From assembly GCA_046350795.1 (NCBI GenBank), contig JAXLZT010000001.1, forward strand, positions 181,780-245,779: a stretch of 64,000 nt of DNA. The letters are read 5' to 3'. Below, in pieces: positions 45,429 to 54,051 of the stretch. Source of the stretch: Minisyncoccota bacterium (GTDB lineage: Bacteria > Patescibacteriota > Minisyncoccia > Phycocordibacterales > CALRHW01). Below the pieces are notes generated by a model. That model made no database searches, was not told the origin of the DNA, and was given only the letters and a program-made list of their open reading frames with translations. The first letter of the stretch is position 1. Every line of letters begins with the position of its first letter. Position numbers and translations under genes: made by a program.

Positions 45429-46331
45429 TTAAGAAGACTTAGAATGAAACGAGTGTAAATTCTCAATGTGCTGAGAGGGCGTGATGTCTGCGGTTTGGCA
45501 AACATATGAAAGCTTTCCAAGTATCAAATGAAGATTTTCTTCTGACAGTTTTGCGTCGGTATGTTTTTGAATGCATCCCACAATTTCTTCTGAGTGGAGA
45601 ACATTCTCAATTGGCTCTGTCTTGAATTCACATGAGTCAGTAAATACAACTATGCTTTGGAAAGCATTCTCTGGAATAGACGGCATAAGTAACTTGAGAG
45701 ACATAATATGGGACCAGTTTTGTCGTATAGGATTCTGAAATTGGAATTTGTTCTTTCCGCCAGGCAATGACTGGGTCCAGTTATCTTGATCCTTACTACC
45801 GAATATCCACCCCTTATAATCTTTACTTTCAATTACGAAGATACCGAACTTTGATACAACCAGGTGGTCAATCTGAGACGATCCGTTATGGTCCGAAGGA
45901 ATCGTGAGGTTATTAAAAATAAAATAATCCTTGTAGCTCAAACCTTCAGCGAGAATGTGGGCAATTTCTTGCTCTCCGTCAGTAAGTCCGTCCATATAGC
46001 ATTTGCAGCCATGTTTTTCACTGTTGATAGATTTTATTTGGTCCTCACTTGCTCCGGCAGGGATGTAAAGATTATTAGAGATCGGACTTTTAGACTGGTT
46101 TTTAATTTTCCTGATTACCCAAACAATACCGCCAAGTATCAGACCCCATACAAGTATCTTTCCTAGTATTCCTATAAAATTGCCAGATGTGATTGATGAT
46201 ATGGACCCGAGAAGAATAAATGCAGTTCCGATAATAAAGATCCCTTTTAATGGTTCGAAGGGTTGGCTGTAATTCCCGTAACGTCGTCGTCGGTAATAAT
46301 ATGGTTTTCGATAATTGCGGTAGTAGCTCAT
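45429..46331 (-). CDS. Membrane-anchored NERD-domain nuclease-like protein
   Basis: GE, QIDHLVVSKFGIFVIESKDYKGWIFG, NPIRQN..H. Confidence 0.9.
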   Translation of the reverse strand: MSYYRNYRKPYYYRRRRYGNYSQPFEPLKGIFIIGTAFILLGSISSITSGNFIGILGKILVWGLILGGIVWVIRKIKNQSKSPISNNLYIPAGASEDQIKSINSEKHGCKCYMDGLTDGEQEIAHILAEGLSYKDYFIFNNLTIPSDHNGSSQIDHLVVSKFGIFVIESKDYKGWIFGSKDQDNWTQSLPGGKNKFQFQNPIRQNWSHIMSLKLLMPSIPENAFQSIVVFTDSCEFKTEPIENVLHSEEIVGCIQKHTDAKLSEENLHLILGKLSYVCQTADITPSQHIENLHSFHSKSS

Positions 46332-46428
46332 TGATTATTTTTGTTAAGACAATTATAACCGAAATCAGACAAATAGACTTTAATCAAAAACCTTTATATA
46401 AAGGTGAAAAAATGGTAAACAGAGAAGA

Positions 46429-48066
46429 ATGGAATGGTTCGAAAGATTAAAAACAGGCCTTTTGATAACAAGTATCAAAGGTGATATACGTCAGCCATAC
46501 AATGAAGCGATGGGAAACATCGCAAAGGGTTATTCTCGTTGGCACACTGCATCTAGCTATTTTTATGATATGGAAAGAATTTTACTCGAAATGAAGATGA
46601 CTCGCTCTTTTGTAGAACAGCTTCCCGACGATGCCTTTTATATGACGCATGCTATCAACGCCGAAGACTACATCATGTACCATCATGGCTATTTCCTTGA
46701 TCTGGTGCATCAGCTGAAAGATAAGACATGTCAGCTGATAAGTGCGATAACCAATCCAGATAAAAAATATTCAAGTGAGAATGAAAGAGGGGTTAAGCTG
46801 AGTAAGCTGCTAAATAACGAACGTGTTAAACGAATACGAGGCCTCGTAAGAGCTCTCAGTGAGTGGAATGACAGCTCACACAAAGGACCAATTTCTATTG
46901 CGCTCAAGAAACGTACAAATTATCATCATTTTAAAAATCCTCTCACTGGGACGGAATCCTATTTTCAAGCAAAAGCACAGCGTAATCTTCTGCGACCAGA
47001 GATGCAGATTCACTTGAGCGAATATGGTAAGCAGATGGTTGATGAAAAGAGAAAGAAGAATCTGCAGACATGGCACGACGATGCAAAGGATAAGATGCAA
47101 AAAACTTCTGAGGTTATAAACACTAATCTTGAAGCCGTATCAAAATCCATCGTCGAGTATTACAAATTTCCTAAAGCAGATGACCCTACTGGTAAACGAA
47201 TATTTATGCGCTACATGCCTACGCTTGAATCGGTGAAGACGGTAGCAGGCACTCGAACGATTACGGATATCGATTCAATTTCAGCTGCAATGTTAAAAGG
47301 GCTTTCGGAATTACTCCAAGAAGCGTTGAATGATAACTTTGTTGCCCTTTATGTAAACGGAAGTATGGCGCGTGGTGAATTTAACATGGGTTTGTCGGAT
47401 ATAAATATTGTTGTTGTTCTCAAGGATACGACACCAATACCAAAAGATGTTCTAAGAAATATTATAGAAGCTCCTGCTAAGGAATGGGGCATACCGACTG
47501 ATATTCAGATACTTATACAGTCTGAGTTTATGGCCAAAGGAAATGAGAAGATGAAATTTGTTTGTAAGACTGACGGAGTGCGAATTTTTGGTCCAGATCT
47601 ACTTCAATATGACCCATTGCCAAATAAGTCCTATAAACTCGTATGGCTACTTAACAGTGACTTCAAAAATAAGTTGGCTGCATATCGTGCTTGGATTGTA
47701 GCCCAGCCATCGATTCCAATGGGGAGACGTTCGGCAATGATAGCTCGTGATCTTGCAAAGAGAGCATATCGCATGGCCTTTGGGCAAGTAATAGGTAATA
47801 ACACTGTGTATACAGCTAGTTTTAAGGAGATGCGTAGATTGTTTCAGTTTTATACACCTGAAAATAAAAAATTCCTTGATATGACATATCAACTTACTCA
47901 GCGATACCCAGGAGCTGATAAGGAGGGTCTATTGGCGATGGTTGACTCATATCAACGTAATCTTCTTCCTCTCTATGATCGGGTGAATGAGGTCGTTAAT
48001 GGGGTGAAGGAAGAAATACAGGAAGGTCAAAACCCAGGCATTGCTCCGGTTCATGCAGAACAGTAA
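46429..48066 (+). CDS. HEPN-like (Cthe_2314-type) + nucleotidyltransferase-domain fusion
   Basis: RTNYHH (Rx4H) in a helical N-terminal half; GSMARGE...SDINIVVV pol-beta-like motif. Confidence 0.7.
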   Translation: MEWFERLKTGLLITSIKGDIRQPYNEAMGNIAKGYSRWHTASSYFYDMERILLEMKMTRSFVEQLPDDAFYMTHAINAEDYIMYHHGYFLDLVHQLKDKTCQLISAITNPDKKYSSENERGVKLSKLLNNERVKRIRGLVRALSEWNDSSHKGPISIALKKRTNYHHFKNPLTGTESYFQAKAQRNLLRPEMQIHLSEYGKQMVDEKRKKNLQTWHDDAKDKMQKTSEVINTNLEAVSKSIVEYYKFPKADDPTGKRIFMRYMPTLESVKTVAGTRTITDIDSISAAMLKGLSELLQEALNDNFVALYVNGSMARGEFNMGLSDINIVVVLKDTTPIPKDVLRNIIEAPAKEWGIPTDIQILIQSEFMAKGNEKMKFVCKTDGVRIFGPDLLQYDPLPNKSYKLVWLLNSDFKNKLAAYRAWIVAQPSIPMGRRSAMIARDLAKRAYRMAFGQVIGNNTVYTASFKEMRRLFQFYTPENKKFLDMTYQLTQRYPGADKEGLLAMVDSYQRNLLPLYDRVNEVVNGVKEEIQEGQNPGIAPVHAEQ

Positions 48067-48151
48067 ATATGTGTTCTTTTTCGACCTTTTTTGCCCTATT
48101 TCACCCTATTTGCCCTAACGCTAGGCCAGATTAGGCCGAAAAGAGCCGAAA

Positions 48152-48250
48152 TTATCCAAGAACTGCTATACTTTGCATGTCAGGAATGTAGATCGTCGCA
48201 TCATTCCTTTTCTCAAATATAGTTCTAACTTCCTCTACGACGGCACCCCA
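48152..48250 (-). other. Startless in-frame alternative C-terminus of the serine recombinase (attR side)
   Basis: Reads WGAVVEEVRTIFEKRNDATIYIPDMQSIAVLG*, in frame with the recombinase through the CACCCCA core. Confidence 0.75.
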
Positions 48251-48367
48251 TTCGAGAATGAGTGTTGCATAAGCAGCTGTTCGTCAATAAAGGCAAGTTA
48301 TGCGATTACAGCAATCAATTTATATGGTAGAATACTTTACAAGGTATTTTATATAAAACTTACCACC

Positions 48368-48490
48368 ATGTTACTCAACGGAAACACACAAACTTGGTCA
48401 AGTTTCGCTAGAACCAACTCTCAGTAAAAGAGAGGAGGTTTTTAGTATCTATTTCAACATTCTAAAAAATCGCCTCTCTGGGCGGTTTTT
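48368..48490 (+). promoter_or_regulatory. Leader peptide + antiterminator/terminator (attenuator-like)
   Basis: uORF 48368-48427; 48429-48445 pairs with 48462-48479, mutually exclusive with terminator 48465-48490. Confidence 0.65.
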
Positions 48491-48518
48491 AATTTTTATT
48501 TTTTTAATCATTTCCATC

Positions 48519-48893
48519 ATGTCAAAATTATCTACACTTTATCTCAACAATCTCGTTTTCTCTGGTGTCCACGGTCAAACTGGTCGCGAGACGACCGATC
48601 CTCAGCATTTTCAAGTCGATATAGAAATGGAACTCGATATATCTAAAGCTCGAGAATCAGATGCACTTATCGATACATATGATTACAAGCATGCTCGAGA
48701 AGTGGCTCGAACGGTTATTGAAGATGAACATTATATTCTTATTGAAAAAATAGCATATCAAATTGCTAAACGTATTTGTGAAGATCCAAAAGTTTTTTTT
48801 ACAACGGTCGCACTTACCAAACTTCATGCATCTCAAAATGGTGTACCAGGAATGAAAGTCACCTACAAACGTACTCCCCAAGAGATGGTCTAA
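48519..48893 (+). CDS. folB: Dihydroneopterin aldolase
   Basis: GVHG...E...Q.FQVD, DTYDY, LIEKIA, K. Confidence 0.88.
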   Translation: MSKLSTLYLNNLVFSGVHGQTGRETTDPQHFQVDIEMELDISKARESDALIDTYDYKHAREVARTVIEDEHYILIEKIAYQIAKRICEDPKVFFTTVALTKLHASQNGVPGMKVTYKRTPQEMV

Positions 48894-48896
48894 ATC

Positions 48897-49475
48897 ATGA
48901 TTCTTCTTATTGATAACTATGATTCGTTTACATATAACCTCTATCAACTTATTAGTAGTTTGGGTTATGAGGTTTTAGTAAAAACACATGATGAAGTATC
49001 TATAAAAGATATTCAGTCTATTAAACCTGAAAAGATTGTTATTTCACCAGGACCAAAAAGACCAGAAGATGCTGGTATTTCTATGGAATTAATTAAAAAG
49101 TTGTACAGAGAGATTCCTATACTTGGTGTTTGTTTAGGACATCAATGTATTGGAAAAGTATTTGGTGGCGAAGTAGTACATGCAAAGCAGGTTTTCCACG
49201 GTAAAACATCTGTTATTCATCACGATGGGAAGGGGATATTTCAAAATGTTAAAAACCCCATTAACGTTGCTCGTTATCACTCTCTTGCTCTCAAGGAGTG
49301 TCCCAGAGAGTTTGAGGTGAGGGCTACAACAGAAGATATGGAAATAATGGCCATTCAACACAAAGAGTATCCGCTTTACGGTATCCAATTTCACCCCGAA
49401 TCTTTTATGACAGAGTGTGGTGAGGTTCTTATAAAAAATTTTCTAGAAATATCCTATGAAGTCAAAAATTCTTAG
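48897..49475 (+). CDS. pabA: Aminodeoxychorismate synthase glutamine amidotransferase subunit
   Basis: IDNYDSFTYNL, SPGP, GVCLGHQ, RYHSL, QFHPES; folate context. Confidence 0.88.
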   Translation: MILLIDNYDSFTYNLYQLISSLGYEVLVKTHDEVSIKDIQSIKPEKIVISPGPKRPEDAGISMELIKKLYREIPILGVCLGHQCIGKVFGGEVVHAKQVFHGKTSVIHHDGKGIFQNVKNPINVARYHSLALKECPREFEVRATTEDMEIMAIQHKEYPLYGIQFHPESFMTECGEVLIKNFLEISYEVKNS

Positions 49476-50727
49476 AAACACATCATTTGAAGATATATGG
49501 AAGCGACTTTCAGAAAAAGAAAGGTCGGTTTGCTGTACTTGTGGCTATGGTCCTGACAGTTGGGAGACTTTCATCGCTTGGAATCCAACTAATATATATT
49601 CAGCAGATAAGTCTGATTCACTTGAGCATTTTAGGGAATTTGTGCAAAGACAACAAAAAGAAGACCGTCGAATCTTTGGGTATCTTTCATATGATGTGGG
49701 TTATAAACTTTTAAACATTCAACCCAGGGCAAAACACGATTTAAATTTCCCAGACATATTATTTTATTCTTTTAGTTCATGGATTAGATTTGTTGAAGAC
49801 AGTGCGGAAATATTTTCATCAAATGAAGAAACACTTTTGAGTTATGAGATTGAGATAAAAGATATTCTACAAAGGCCTTTTGTTAAAGATGGTTTTTCAG
49901 AACACAATTCTTCTGAATTAAAAGCACATATGACACCTGATTTGTATGCCGAAGGATATAAAAAGATTAAGAAGTATATATTTGAGGGTGATGTGTATCA
50001 AATGAATTTTACTCACAGGCTTGAGGGTGTAACTAGCAAAAATCCAAGAACTCTTTTTATCGATATGTGTGAGAAAAATAAAGTCGCTCATTTGGCATAT
50101 ATGGAAGGGGATGGATTTGAAATCCTTAGTGCATCACCTGAACGGTTTGTAAAAATATCCGCTGATCGAACAATCGAAACTTTTCCTATTAAAGGCACTC
50201 GGCCAAGAGGTAAGACAGAAATTGATGACAAAAAACAAAAATTGGATCTTATTAATTCTCAAAAAGAAACAGCTGAGCTAAATATGATCACTGATTTACT
50301 TAGAAATGATTTGGGTAGGGTGTCGGAAATTGGGTCGGTCGAAGTGGTGGAAAAAAGAATTGTTTATCCTTATCCAACTGTGTGGCATACACACTCGCAT
50401 ATCAAAGGGAAGCTTTTACCATCCACATCTTCACTCGAAGCTCTACTTTCTATGTTTCCTGGAGGATCAATAACTGGCTGTCCCAAGAAGCGGGCAGTGG
50501 AAATTATTGATGAGGTGGAACCTTTTATGAGAAGTGTTTATACGGGTTCAATTGGTTATATCAATTCGGATGATTCTCTTGATTTTAATATAGCAATTCG
50601 AACTTTTCTTAAAAAAGGAAATAAAGTATATCTATCGGTCGGTGGGGGTATTGTCTATGATTCGCAGGAGAAAGATGAATATAAAGAGACGTTCGACAAG
50701 GCAAGGTCTTTTTTGGATGTGCTTTAA
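49456..50727 (+). CDS. pabB: Aminodeoxychorismate synthase component I
   Basis: SPERF, PIKGT (PabB-type Lys), MITDLLRNDL, FPGGSITGCPK, NIAIRT. Confidence 0.9.
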   Translation: MKSKILRNTSFEDIWKRLSEKERSVCCTCGYGPDSWETFIAWNPTNIYSADKSDSLEHFREFVQRQQKEDRRIFGYLSYDVGYKLLNIQPRAKHDLNFPDILFYSFSSWIRFVEDSAEIFSSNEETLLSYEIEIKDILQRPFVKDGFSEHNSSELKAHMTPDLYAEGYKKIKKYIFEGDVYQMNFTHRLEGVTSKNPRTLFIDMCEKNKVAHLAYMEGDGFEILSASPERFVKISADRTIETFPIKGTRPRGKTEIDDKKQKLDLINSQKETAELNMITDLLRNDLGRVSEIGSVEVVEKRIVYPYPTVWHTHSHIKGKLLPSTSSLEALLSMFPGGSITGCPKKRAVEIIDEVEPFMRSVYTGSIGYINSDDSLDFNIAIRTFLKKGNKVYLSVGGGIVYDSQEKDEYKETFDKARSFLDVL

Positions 50728-50739
50728 GAAAAAAATATT

Positions 50740-51282
50740 ATGAATAATAAACACACAATTTATTTAGCGTTAGGTACAAATATTGGAGATAGAGAAAAAA
50801 ACATAAAAGAGGCCGTTGTTTTACTTCAAGAAAAAATTGAAGATATGAAAATTGCGCCGTTATACGAAAGCAGGCCACAGGGTTATTCTGAACAGGAAAA
50901 TTTTTTGAATTCTGTATTGGTAGGACAAACCGATCTACCTCCTCAAGATTTATTGTTGTTTGTTAAAAATATCGAGAAAAAGCTCGGCAGGGAGGAGCGC
51001 ATTAGAAATGGTCCCAGAGAAATTGATTTAGACATACTTTTTTACGACGATCTTGTCTTGAATACTCAAAATCTTGTGATTCCGCATCCGCGAATACCAG
51101 AAAGGGATTTTGTATTGTTACCTCTTGTGGATTTAGCTGAATCGTTTATACATCCGCTTTTAAAAATTTCATTAAAGAGCTTGCTAAATAATGTATGTAA
51201 AGAACGCTATGTTGTTGGAAAGTCTAGCTATACCATCACGCCAAATATGGGTTATAATATATACACACGAAATAAATCGTAA
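50740..51282 (+). CDS. folK: 6-hydroxymethyl-7,8-dihydropterin pyrophosphokinase
   Basis: LALGTNIG, FLN, GPREIDLDIL, PHPRI.ER.FVL.PL. Confidence 0.95.
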   Translation: MNNKHTIYLALGTNIGDREKNIKEAVVLLQEKIEDMKIAPLYESRPQGYSEQENFLNSVLVGQTDLPPQDLLLFVKNIEKKLGREERIRNGPREIDLDILFYDDLVLNTQNLVIPHPRIPERDFVLLPLVDLAESFIHPLLKISLKSLLNNVCKERYVVGKSSYTITPNMGYNIYTRNKS

Positions 51283-51310
51283 GTTGTTATTATCAACCAA
51301 TATTTATCAT

Positions 51311-52252
51311 ATGAAAATTAAAAAATTTTTTATCTTTTCTGTTGCTGTCGTTGTCTTGTTTGTAGCAACACTTTCTTTTACAAAAAATGAAGTCTCTGCT
51401 TCTACTGTCCAATGTGATTTTACAAAAGATCTTGAGATTGGATCTGTGGGCGAGGATGTGCGGTGTTTGCAAAGATACCTAAATGCTGAAGGTTTTAAAA
51501 TAGCTGAAAGTGGTATAGGCTCCCCGGGTCAAGAAACCAATACTTTTGGAATGCTTACAAAAGAAGCGGTAATGAGATGGCAAGCAGCTCACAATTTTTC
51601 TCTAAAGACTGGTACTTTTGGTCCAATGTCTCGATCAAAGTATTTGGAAAAAATAGCAGCAGGCCTTACTTCTCAGCTTGCTAGTATGGGCGCTACTCCT
51701 GTTACATCGGCTACACCTTCAGTAAACACACCTGTTGTAGTACAAAACGTAGTAAGTGTTGCGGAAAAGGATGCAAGATCAGCCATTGAAGATGCTTTTG
51801 AGGCATTGAATGATGCAGAAGATGCGGCGGACGATATAGATGATTCAAATGATGAAGAAAATGCAAGAGAAGATATTTCTGATGCAAAAGATGATTTGAT
51901 AGAGGCATTTAAGGCATTTTTAGCAAAGGATTTTGAAAAAGCTAGGACAAAAGCAGAAGATGTATCTGACTCTTTGGGTGATATTGTTGATGAAGTTTTT
52001 GGTGATGAGGATGATGCACAAGAGGCGATAGATGATGCACAAGAGGCGATAGATGATGCCGAAAATGAAATAAATGACGCCGATGATGATGGAGACTCTG
52101 TACATGATGCAAATGACAAGCTTGATGATGCAAAAGATAAACTCGATGACGCAAGAGATGCTTTTGATGACAAAGAATATGATCGAGCTGAAAATCTTGC
52201 AAATCAGGCAGAAGACATGGCTGATGAAGCTGTAGACTTGATAGGAGACTAG
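51311..52252 (+). CDS. Secreted peptidoglycan-binding protein with Asp/Glu-rich helical tail
   Basis: Signal peptide; DVRCLQRYLN..FGMLTKEAVMRWQ; DAQEAID repeats. Confidence 0.8.
   Translation: MKIKKFFIFSVAVVVLFVATLSFTKNEVSASTVQCDFTKDLEIGSVGEDVRCLQRYLNAEGFKIAESGIGSPGQETNTFGMLTKEAVMRWQAAHNFSLKTGTFGPMSRSKYLEKIAAGLTSQLASMGATPVTSATPSVNTPVVVQNVVSVAEKDARSAIEDAFEALNDAEDAADDIDDSNDEENAREDISDAKDDLIEAFKAFLAKDFEKARTKAEDVSDSLGDIVDEVFGDEDDAQEAIDDAQEAIDDAENEINDADDDGDSVHDANDKLDDAKDKLDDARDAFDDKEYDRAENLANQAEDMADEAVDLIGD
52010..52059 (+). repeat. 21-bp coding tandem repeat
   Basis: gatgatgcacaagaggcgata x2 plus a partial third copy. Confidence 0.85.
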
Positions 52253-52316
52253 TTTTTTACTTGCTTTTTCTGCTTACGGTATTATTATCATCTCTGGAAC
52301 CATAAGGAGGTGAACC

Positions 52317-52931
52317 ATGGATCGACTCGAAGCGCTTAAGGTGGTCTTGGAATACCTGACACAAGAAGTGCCAGAGCGGGATCTGCCCGTTGCAGATCTT
52401 ATCTTTGTGCACGGATACAACAACAGGATTGTCGCCGAGCATGCCGCGCATCTTTTCTGTATCGGCAAGGCGTCCCATGTTGTCGTGACGGGTGGTATTG
52501 GTCCCATGACCAGTCTGCCTTCCGGGTACGGATCAGAAGCTGAATACTTCAAGGACATTATGTGCTCTCGAGGCGTCCCAAAAGACGCTGTGGTCACAGA
52601 GTGTCGATCTACCAACACCAAGGAGAACGTGCTCTACGGTATCGATGAAGTCGATCGTTTCGGCATCACAATGAGAAGGATCATTGCCGTAGCGCTACCT
52701 CCTCTTTTGCGTAGATCCTTCGCGACCTTTCAGAAGCATGCCCCCAATTTGGAAGTCTTTGGTAGTGCACCGAGGATTCCAATAAGTGTCATGAGTCAAT
52801 CACAACAAATGAAAAGAATCTGTGGAGAGATAGACCGTCTGGAGCAGTACGCACTCAAGGGTGACATTGCTCCAACCGAGATTCCTCCTCACGTGAAAGA
52901 AGCACACCGTTTTCTCACCAGCCTTCCCTGA
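52317..52931 (+). CDS. YdcF/DUF218 family protein
   Basis: VTGG.G, SEAE, E.RSTNTKEN, RR..AT; AAGGAGG SD. Confidence 0.85.
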   Translation: MDRLEALKVVLEYLTQEVPERDLPVADLIFVHGYNNRIVAEHAAHLFCIGKASHVVVTGGIGPMTSLPSGYGSEAEYFKDIMCSRGVPKDAVVTECRSTNTKENVLYGIDEVDRFGITMRRIIAVALPPLLRRSFATFQKHAPNLEVFGSAPRIPISVMSQSQQMKRICGEIDRLEQYALKGDIAPTEIPPHVKEAHRFLTSLP

Positions 52932-52969
52932 AAAGGGGGGGCTGTGTTTTTTATTTTGGGGCTGTTAAA

Positions 52970-53533
52970 ATGATTGCAATGAATAAAAGAAAAAGAAGGC
53001 TTGAGCAAGACGGTGTAATAATTTTGTTTAGTATCGCAATATCTTTTTTCCTTTTAAAAGATGGTCTCGTAGAATCTTTTATTGCCTCTTTTGATGGTTT
53101 CCAGTTTTTGGCTATTTTTGTTGCGGGATTGTTTTTTACTTCTGTATTTACCACCGCACCAGCTATTGCTGTTTTATCTGTGATTGCTCAAAATAACAAT
53201 ATTTTTTTAGTTGCTTTAATCGGTGGATTGGGTGCGATGCTTGGCGACTACATTATTTTTCGTTTTGTAAAAGATAGGATTTCGGATGATTTTAAATATG
53301 TTTTTGGTTTTTCAAAAAAGAAACGTGTGCCACATATTTTTAAGACAAAACTTTTTCACTGGTTTGCACCGTTTTTTGGGGCGCTCATTATCGCATCTCC
53401 TTTTCCTGATGAAATAGGGATAGCGATACTTGGTTTGTCACATACAAACAATAAAATTTTTTTAACAATCTCATATATTTTTAATAGTCTCGGTATCTTG
53501 GTTATAGGAATTTTGGCTAGAACTATTGTTTAG
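52970..53533 (+). CDS. Membrane protein (DedA/VTT-like)
   Basis: FFTS.FTTAP, GGLGAMLGD, SPFPDEIG. Confidence 0.75.
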   Translation: MIAMNKRKRRLEQDGVIILFSIAISFFLLKDGLVESFIASFDGFQFLAIFVAGLFFTSVFTTAPAIAVLSVIAQNNNIFLVALIGGLGAMLGDYIIFRFVKDRISDDFKYVFGFSKKKRVPHIFKTKLFHWFAPFFGALIIASPFPDEIGIAILGLSHTNNKIFLTISYIFNSLGILVIGILARTIV

Positions 53534-53625
53534 TCAATTTTTATGTGCTAATTTGTTTTAAGCGCAAGACTTCTTGCAACTGTACCGGCAGTTCCGGCAC
53601 GATCTTTTTGCGAAAGGGCGCACTT

Positions 53626-53973
53626 ATGCCTGCCATTGAAATATGTGACAATCGACTGTTTCTTGCGTTGCACAAACTGTGCGCGCGAGGGCTCGATGGG
53701 GAGATTGTGCGTGCCGATCTAGCCGCCTTCAATCGCCTCGATGTGAATCGAGCGGAGGAGCTGTTTGGTGAACGGCGTATCGTCGAGGGCAATCCTTGGC
53801 CGATGTATTCTGAACTCAAGTGGTTGTTTCAACACCTTGACGGACGTACTCGCTCCCTTTCCCAGCTCGAAGTCATCGCGGAAATGGAGTCCAAGGAGCT
53901 CAGGCTTCGTCTTTCCCCAAACAACAGGATCGTTTCGCACGACGGACTACACGTGCCAAAACGGCACGAGTAG
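53626..53973 (+). CDS. Hypothetical protein, GC-rich
   Basis: ORF on a GC-rich patch; start placed after a purine-rich SD-like tract. Confidence 0.55.
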   Translation: MPAIEICDNRLFLALHKLCARGLDGEIVRADLAAFNRLDVNRAEELFGERRIVEGNPWPMYSELKWLFQHLDGRTRSLSQLEVIAEMESKELRLRLSPNNRIVSHDGLHVPKRHE

Positions 53974-54051
53974 GCGCGAGGGGTGCGCGAGGAAATTTTC
54001 CCGGATGACGATAAGTCATCCGGGTTTCATTTTTTACTGTATAATATTCAT

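Larger units (their letters stand above)
35957..48250. mobile_element. Integrative element at tRNA-His (serine recombinase, Rep, copper resistance, HEPN-NTase)
   Basis: 7-bp direct repeat CACCCCA at 35957-35963 and 48244-48250; recombinase abuts the tRNA; accessory cargo. Confidence 0.85.

Noticed and set aside
35957-48250. Prophage or conjugative ICE
   Set aside because: No terminase, capsid, tail, relaxase or T4SS genes recognised
48173-48427. 84-aa + strand ORF
   Set aside because: Spans the att junction and a promoter; only the last 19 codons are retained as a candidate leader peptide
48897-50727. trpG/trpE anthranilate synthase
   Set aside because: The PIKGT motif and flanking folB/folK indicate PabA/PabB; no other trp genes present
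52010-52059. Tandem repeat as a CRISPR array
   Set aside because: In-frame 21-bp coding repeat without spacers; no cas genes or repeat-spacer array seen anywhere in the window
51673-52202. Ser-rich and His-rich minus-strand ORFs, and the many other short antisense ORFs in the track
   Set aside because: Shadows of well-supported genes on the opposite strand
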